From a virus: a DNA stretch of 64,000 nucleotides. The stretch is from IMG/VR virus record IMGVR_UViG_3300012987_000001, positions 1 to 64,000 of that record. One strand, given 5' to 3'. Shown here in pieces: positions 59,637 to 64,000 of this stretch. Under the pieces are notes generated by a model. That model searched no databases. It saw only the letters and a list, made by a program, of their open reading frames with translations, and had not been told where the DNA came from. The stretch's first letter is position 1; the number at the start of each line of letters is the position of its first letter. Position numbers and translations under genes: made by a program.

Positions 59637-60004
59637 CCCACCACGAAGACTCACCGCCCGCCACTCCCTACCGCTCGGTCTTCGAGCGCGCCCAAGACAT
59701 CTGCATGGCCGCACGCAAAGCCCGCGCGCGTCACGCCTACAACGTTTTCGGAGCCGCTGTTGAGGCCGAGCGCAAAGCCGCACTGGCCTGCCCGTATCAG
59801 GTTCACCACGGGCTCTACCAGGGCAAGGTCGAGGGGTTCGCCGAGTTCGCGGATGCGTTGGCCTGTTTCATCGACCACCTCGCAGATGGAGGCGGCTCGG
59901 CCTGGTACGCGCCGAAGCTGCTCGGCGAAAGCCACGATGACAAGTCGACCGGGCTGACCGACGACGAAAACGAAGCGGCCGAGCTGGCGCAGGCGGTCGG
60001 CTGA
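59633..60004 (+). CDS. Hypothetical protein (123 aa)
   Basis: M21 of ORF 59573..60004, with an ATGA overlap upstream. Confidence 0.6.
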   Translation: MTHHEDSPPATPYRSVFERAQDICMAARKARARHAYNVFGAAVEAERKAALACPYQVHHGLYQGKVEGFAEFADALACFIDHLADGGGSAWYAPKLLGESHDDKSTGLTDDENEAAELAQAVG

Positions 60005-60177
60005 TGGACAGCGAGACCGAACTGAAGCACTTGCGCGAAGCCGCGCGCTTGCTCTCGCTATGCGTCCGCATCGATTCCGGCGACGTGCCGGATCAAGAGC
60101 TGCTGACCTACTCGCTCGACCTGGCGAACTGGCTCGACGCCGAAGATAAGCGGCAGAAGGCGGGGGTGCTGTCATGA
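60004..60177 (+). CDS. Hypothetical small protein (57 aa, below the track cutoff)
   Basis: Hand translation gives MDSETELKHLREAARLLSLCVRIDSGDVPDQELLTYSLDLANWLDAEDKRQKAGVLS. It has a TGATG overlap upstream and an ATGA overlap downstream. Confidence 0.5.
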   Translation: MDSETELKHLREAARLLSLCVRIDSGDVPDQELLTYSLDLANWLDAEDKRQKAGVLS

Positions 60178-60410
60178 ACGCCGCCCTGGAAATCCAACTC
60201 GACACGGCAGAGGACGTCACCGAAGCCTACGACGCGCTAGCCCGCAACCCAAGCATCGAAATGAAGGTCCGCGAGACCGGACTTGGCGCCACCATGGTAC
60301 TGCTGTTTCAGCACGGTCAGCAGATCGCGGTCGGGCGTGGGCGTGGGCTGGTCAATGCGCTCGCGAACGCGCTGGAAGAGGTGGGGAGTGCGGGGGAGGA
60401 ACCGAGATGA
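60174..60410 (+). CDS. Hypothetical small protein (78 aa)
   Basis: Track ORF, coupled. Confidence 0.55.
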   Translation: MNAALEIQLDTAEDVTEAYDALARNPSIEMKVRETGLGATMVLLFQHGQQIAVGRGRGLVNALANALEEVGSAGEEPR

Positions 60411-60664
60411 ACGCATGGCAAGCAAAGGACGTAGTGGTCGCGCGCGAGATTCAGTTGCAACTGGTTCGCGTGCTGAAGAGTAGCGGATGCGATCATGCAC
60501 AGTGCGCGACAGCCGCGATCGTAGCCGCAGCTCAGGTGTGCTCAGAATTCTCCGGCGAGCCGATGTCGGTCAGTTTGATGCACGTATCGAACGCTGCCAG
60601 CGCGATGTCAGAGGCCCAGGCGCAAGCCGAGGCAAAGACGAAGCTCGGAGGGCGACCGTCGTGA
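60407..60664 (+). CDS. Hypothetical small protein (85 aa)
   Basis: Track ORF, coupled. Confidence 0.55.
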   Translation: MNAWQAKDVVVAREIQLQLVRVLKSSGCDHAQCATAAIVAAAQVCSEFSGEPMSVSLMHVSNAASAMSEAQAQAEAKTKLGGRPS

Positions 60665-60834
60665 TCTGCTCCTGTGGCCTCCAAGTCGAGTTCACGTCGG
60701 CAACTGCGGTCGGACCGATGCTCTCGGACTTCGCATACCTGTTCTTGGTGAACTGCAAACACTGCCACAGCACCAGGGCGGCATTGCTTTGGGAAGCGGC
60801 GGACGACGACGAGCAGCCGATCGCGGCGGAGTAG
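60661..60834 (+). CDS. Small zinc-ribbon-like protein (57 aa; CSC...CKHC)
   Basis: The GTG at V59 of ORF 60487..60834 forms a GTGA overlap with the upstream stop. Confidence 0.5.
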   Translation: MICSCGLQVEFTSATAVGPMLSDFAYLFLVNCKHCHSTRAALLWEAADDDEQPIAAE

Positions 60835-60930
60835 CGAAACACGTTTGCGGCAGCCTGGCTGGCGGTTTCCCAAACCCCATCCCGTTAGTCAGGCTGCCTC
60901 AAGCGCGCATCGCGCTAGATGGGAGAATTG

Positions 60931-61665
60931 ATGTCCGATTTCAAAACGTATTGGGATTTCGAAGAAGCGGAACGTGCGGCGCTGACTCGCGAAGAGGTAG
61001 AGCGCTTCCTCGATGCTGAGCTCATGACGAAAGGCGTGCTCAAAGTCGCGCCGCTCGCACTCGACGAAGAGCCGCAGATCGATGATTTGGCCACAACCGC
61101 CTACTGCTGGGTCGACGGCTTCCCGAACGTCCTGTTCGCCACGTCGGAAGCCGCATCGGCGTTCGTGGCGCTCAAACCGACCCAGCTGGGCTCCGAGTAT
61201 CTTTGCGGCGACTACCGTCAGTCGGTGAAATTCGCGAAGCTGCCCGAGGGCACCGACATCAATCAGGTCAGCGTCGCAACGCAAGACGAATTCATGCGGT
61301 GCCGGTCGAACCTCGAGAAGCGCGCCACTGTCCGATCCTCGAACAGCAAGCGGCGTGAGCAGTACGATAACGACACCAAGGCCCAAAGCAAGGTTCTGGC
61401 TGGCGTGTGGGAGGACTGGGCGCGCTGCCGCAACATCGATCAGGCCCACCGCCGCGTCGTCACTACGTTCCGCGACTACGTGAAGACGGCTGGCGATGAG
61501 CTGACCGCTGCACGCTTTCTCGTCAAGGTGTTCACGTTCGAACAGATCGACGAGGCGCGGAAGTGGCTCGGAGCTGACATTCCGGACGTAATCGCCGATA
61601 GCGAGTTCGCGGAAGTCGAGCCGGCGCCCACGAAGAAAGAGGCGCCCGAGGAGTTGTGTTTCTGA
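60931..61665 (+). CDS. Hypothetical protein (244 aa)
   Basis: Track ORF 60919..61665. The ATG at 60931 follows GGGAGA by 5 nt. It runs in the same direction as the operon. A full-length antisense ORF was rejected. Confidence 0.6.
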   Translation: MSDFKTYWDFEEAERAALTREEVERFLDAELMTKGVLKVAPLALDEEPQIDDLATTAYCWVDGFPNVLFATSEAASAFVALKPTQLGSEYLCGDYRQSVKFAKLPEGTDINQVSVATQDEFMRCRSNLEKRATVRSSNSKRREQYDNDTKAQSKVLAGVWEDWARCRNIDQAHRRVVTTFRDYVKTAGDELTAARFLVKVFTFEQIDEARKWLGADIPDVIADSEFAEVEPAPTKKEAPEELCF

Positions 61666-61904
61666 TGACCAACCTCCTAACCCCAATCCTCGACGACCTC
61701 GATTACGAGATCGACGAGAAGCTCGACGAAACGATCAGCGCTATTCAGGGCATCGTTCGCCGCCAACGTGAGCTCCTCAACGCCCGTATCGCCCTGGCCC
61801 AAACCAACATCCTCGCTGAGTTCGCTGGCGTTGCCGCGGTCGCTGCTCCGCGCGTGTACCCGCGGGCGAAGAGCAAGGCGAAGAAACTGGGGAGGGCGCG
61901 GTGA
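61665..61904 (+). CDS. Hypothetical small protein (79 aa)
   Basis: M4 of ORF 61656..61904, with a TGATG overlap upstream. Confidence 0.55.
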   Translation: MTNLLTPILDDLDYEIDEKLDETISAIQGIVRRQRELLNARIALAQTNILAEFAGVAAVAAPRVYPRAKSKAKKLGRAR

Positions 61905-62131
61905 CACGCCGCAACCGAGAGCCCGTCCGCGTTGATTGCGCGGAGGTAAGGCGTGCCAAGTACCTCAACGTGCAGGCCATCCGCGAGTCGGATTTCGCGG
62001 TCACACCGGCCATCCTGCGCGCCCCATTCCCCCAGTCGAGTGCGGAGCTGCGGGCGGCTGCTGATCGCGCGCTGAAGGCGGAGCTCGAGGCGGCGGTTGC
62101 GGTTGCAGCGGCGATGGAGCCGAAGAAATGA
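61901..62131 (+). CDS. Hypothetical small protein (76 aa)
   Basis: Track ORF with a GTGA overlap upstream. Confidence 0.55.
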   Translation: MTRRNREPVRVDCAEVRRAKYLNVQAIRESDFAVTPAILRAPFPQSSAELRAAADRALKAELEAAVAVAAAMEPKK

Positions 62132-62781
62132 TCAAGTTCTTCAATACACCATGGGCCTCGGTCCCAATCATTTCGATCGACACCGAGTGCACCGGCAAAC
62201 AACCGGGCAAGGACCGAGCGGTGTCGGTGGGGCTCTCCCGCTTCGAAAACGGCATCTGCGTCGGCACCTTTGAACAGTTCGTGAACCCGGGAATGCCGAT
62301 CTCAGAAGAGGCGATCGGTGTCCACAAGATCACTGACGCAATGGTGGCGAGCGCGCCGACGATTCACGAGGTTTTCTCCATGCCCTCAGTCGTAGAACTG
62401 CTCGCTGGCGCGCAGCCGTGCGGCTACAACTCAGCCTTCGATCGGCACTTCGTCCCGCCGTTCGGTGATGACTGGACGTGGCCCTGGCTCGACGCGCTTG
62501 CGCTCGTCCGCAAACAGGACCGGTACGCGAAGGGCAACGGACGCCACAAGCTCGAAGCCGCGTGCGCGCGCCACGGTGTGACGCTACTCGAAGCGCACAG
62601 CGCTGGGGCCGATGCCCGGGCGGCGGGTGAGCTACTGATCAAACTCGGGCGCGAGCTGTTCCCGAAAGGCTACACGCTTGGTGATGCGCTCGGCTGGTGT
62701 CGACGCGCCGAGGCCGAAGAGTGGTTTCGGTTCAACGCGTGGCTTTCGGTACAGCCGCAGCGAGAGGCTGGCGCAGCGTGA
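62128..62781 (+). CDS. DnaQ-like 3'-5' exonuclease (DEDDh family)
   Basis: Track ORF. The motifs are ISIDTECTG, GYNSAFDRHF and EAHSAGADA. Confidence 0.8.
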   Translation: MIKFFNTPWASVPIISIDTECTGKQPGKDRAVSVGLSRFENGICVGTFEQFVNPGMPISEEAIGVHKITDAMVASAPTIHEVFSMPSVVELLAGAQPCGYNSAFDRHFVPPFGDDWTWPWLDALALVRKQDRYAKGNGRHKLEAACARHGVTLLEAHSAGADARAAGELLIKLGRELFPKGYTLGDALGWCRRAEAEEWFRFNAWLSVQPQREAGAA

Positions 62782-63641
62782 GTGGCCGTCTCTACACGCG
62801 CAAGGAGTGCTCCTACTCCGATCTCAAGGGGGTACACATCACCGGCCTAAAGGAGATGCGCAAGTCGCCCAAGCACTACAAGCACCGGCTTGCCAAGCCA
62901 CGAAAAATCACCAACGCGCTCGCGTTCGGCTCAGCCGCGCACGTGGCGGTTCTGGAGCCCGAACGCTTCATTCGAGACTACGCGATCTGGGAGAGCAAAT
63001 ACGATCATGGTGGCGCGCGACCGCGCAACGGAGGAGCGTGGGAGGAGTTCAAGAAGCTGAACGCTGGGCGCTCGATCATTCTCGATACCGAGTTCGACGA
63101 GGCGTGCGCGTTCAAGGATGCCGTGCGCCAAGACGCGGTGGCAATGCGCTACCTCGCAACTGGGCGCCCTGAGATCGCGATGACATGGAAGGACGCCGAG
63201 ACAGGGGTCGATTGCGTGGGTCGAATCGATTGGGAGACAAAGGTCGACAGGCATCCCGCCGTGGTTGATCTCAAGTCGACGCGCGATGCTGGCGAAACCT
63301 GGTTTTCGCGTGACGTCGCGAAGCTCGACTATCACCTACAACTGGCGTTCTACGCGGACGGATATCAAGCCATCACTGGTAAGATGCCGCGCATGGTGGT
63401 GGTCGCGGTCGAGTCGGTCGAGCCGTACGACGCCGTGACCTACATCGTGCCTGAAGAGGTTCTCGAGATCGGCAGAGACGCTTATCGCGAGCTGCTGATC
63501 AAGTTCAAGCAGTGCACCGAGGCGGACGAGTGGCCCGGCCAGGGCGGCACCGAAGAGAAGATCTTGCAGCTGCCCAGCTGGGCAGTCCCGGAAGAAGAGA
63601 GCGACGACATGTCCGATCTGGACTGGAGCGAATCAGCATGA
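62778..63641 (+). CDS. PD-(D/E)XK nuclease (RecE / Cas4-like recombination exonuclease family)
   Basis: The GTG at V28 of ORF 62697..63641 forms a GTGA overlap. The motifs are GSAAHVAVLEP, GRIDW...VVDLKST and YHLQLAFYADG. Confidence 0.7.
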   Translation: MSGRLYTRKECSYSDLKGVHITGLKEMRKSPKHYKHRLAKPRKITNALAFGSAAHVAVLEPERFIRDYAIWESKYDHGGARPRNGGAWEEFKKLNAGRSIILDTEFDEACAFKDAVRQDAVAMRYLATGRPEIAMTWKDAETGVDCVGRIDWETKVDRHPAVVDLKSTRDAGETWFSRDVAKLDYHLQLAFYADGYQAITGKMPRMVVVAVESVEPYDAVTYIVPEEVLEIGRDAYRELLIKFKQCTEADEWPGQGGTEEKILQLPSWAVPEEESDDMSDLDWSESA

Positions 63642-64000
63642 GCAACGATGAAAAACAGGTGAAGCGCCCGAGTAGCTGGGACGAGATGTTCCCGGGTCGG
63701 TTCCTGAAAGCGGGGCTATTCAAGGGCAAGGCCGTGACGCTCGAAATCAGCGACGTCACACTGGAGGAGCTGCCGAGCGACAAGGGACCGGATCAGACCC
63801 GCGGCGTGCTCTCTTTCAAGCAGACGCCGTTGCAGCTGGCGATCAATAAGACGAACGGCCTGTGCCTGCGCAAGATGTTTGGAACCAAGCCGGTCGAGTG
63901 GATCGGTAAGCGCGTTACTTTCGTGCCAGAGCTGGACAAGTTCGGCAAGGAGACGGTCGACGCGATCCGCATCCAAGGCAGCCCCGACATCGAGAGCGCG
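63638..64000 (+). CDS. 3'-truncated hypothetical protein (runs off the window)
   Basis: An ATGA overlap with the upstream stop. The frame is open for 121 codons to the window end (MSNDEKQVKRPSSWDEMFPGRFLKAG...). It is not in the track because no stop is reached. Confidence 0.6.
   Translation, partial: MSNDEKQVKRPSSWDEMFPGRFLKAGLFKGKAVTLEISDVTLEELPSDKGPDQTRGVLSFKQTPLQLAINKTNGLCLRKMFGTKPVEWIGKRVTFVPELDKFGKETVDAIRIQGSPDIESA

Larger units (their letters stand above)
1..64000. mobile_element. Temperate contractile-tailed phage genome segment, apparently in attP (unintegrated) gene order
   Basis: Recognisable phage functions span the window: integrase, HTH switch, DnaB, TerS/TerL, portal, MuF, protease, capsid, sheath, tube, tape measure, baseplate, fibres, GH25 lysin. 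The integrase has phage genes on both sides. No host-like genes were seen. Confidence 0.9.

Noticed and set aside
60889-61686. A 265-aa minus-strand ORF fully overlaps the + strand ORF 60919..61665.
   Set aside because: All neighbouring genes run on the + strand with coupled starts and stops. The + frame has a GGGAGA Shine-Dalgarno sequence and a balanced composition. The antisense product is Arg/Leu-rich with no start context.
1-64000. Prophage ends, meaning att direct repeats or flanking host genes.
   Set aside because: No second copy of the tRNA-like core was noticed in the window. Both window edges fall inside phage-type operons that run in the same direction. The element boundaries therefore lie outside the window, or the genome is circular or permuted.

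Overview
The whole 64-kb window reads as one GC-rich temperate phage genome with a contractile tail. It appears to be in the unintegrated (attP) gene order, because no host genes, rRNA, canonical tRNA or CRISPR array are visible. The layout has four parts. (i) 1-6286 (+) is a tightly coupled operon of small early or accessory genes, and its first gene is cut by the window edge and starts in a 30-bp tandem repeat. (ii) 6426-6974 (+) is an isolated gene bracketed by hairpins. (iii) 57815 down to 7045 (-) is a ~50-kb block transcribed in one direction. In transcription order it holds a Cro-type HTH gene, a GIY-YIG/HTH fusion, an XRE regulator, a tyrosine integrase, an HNH-AP2 gene and many small genes. 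It continues with a LexA-DBD-only protein, a VRR-NUC nuclease, a replication initiator with internal iterons, DnaB, TerS/TerL, portal, MuF, a protease-scaffold fusion, capsid and connectors. It ends with sheath, tube, the G/GT chaperone with a -1 frameshift, tape measure, a Mu/P2-like baseplate interrupted by a lipoprotein gene, a large fibre and glycosidase cluster, and a GH25 lysis cassette. (iv) 57859-64000 (+) holds a divergent XRE repressor-like gene, a 345-nt structured non-coding gap, and an early operon ending in a DnaQ-type exonuclease and a PD-(D/E)XK nuclease. The most interesting signals are listed here. A tRNA-Thr(CGU)-like 3' half lies antisense inside the integrase ORF, resembling the attP-within-int arrangement of phage Mx8. 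A tail-fibre gene carries about 18.5 copies of a 20-aa Gly/Ala/Cys repeat. A Gly/Ala-rich lipoprotein gene sits inside the baseplate module. A second tRNA-like minihelix lies in the head module. Phased GTGAC iterons lie inside the replication gene. A recurring 16-19-nt gene-junction cassette occurs three times. Two AT-rich control regions share a 15-bp box and arrays of ATTCG half-sites. Domain names come from recalled motifs, not searches, and need HMM or structure confirmation. Hand-indexed non-CDS coordinates may be off by 1-2 nt.
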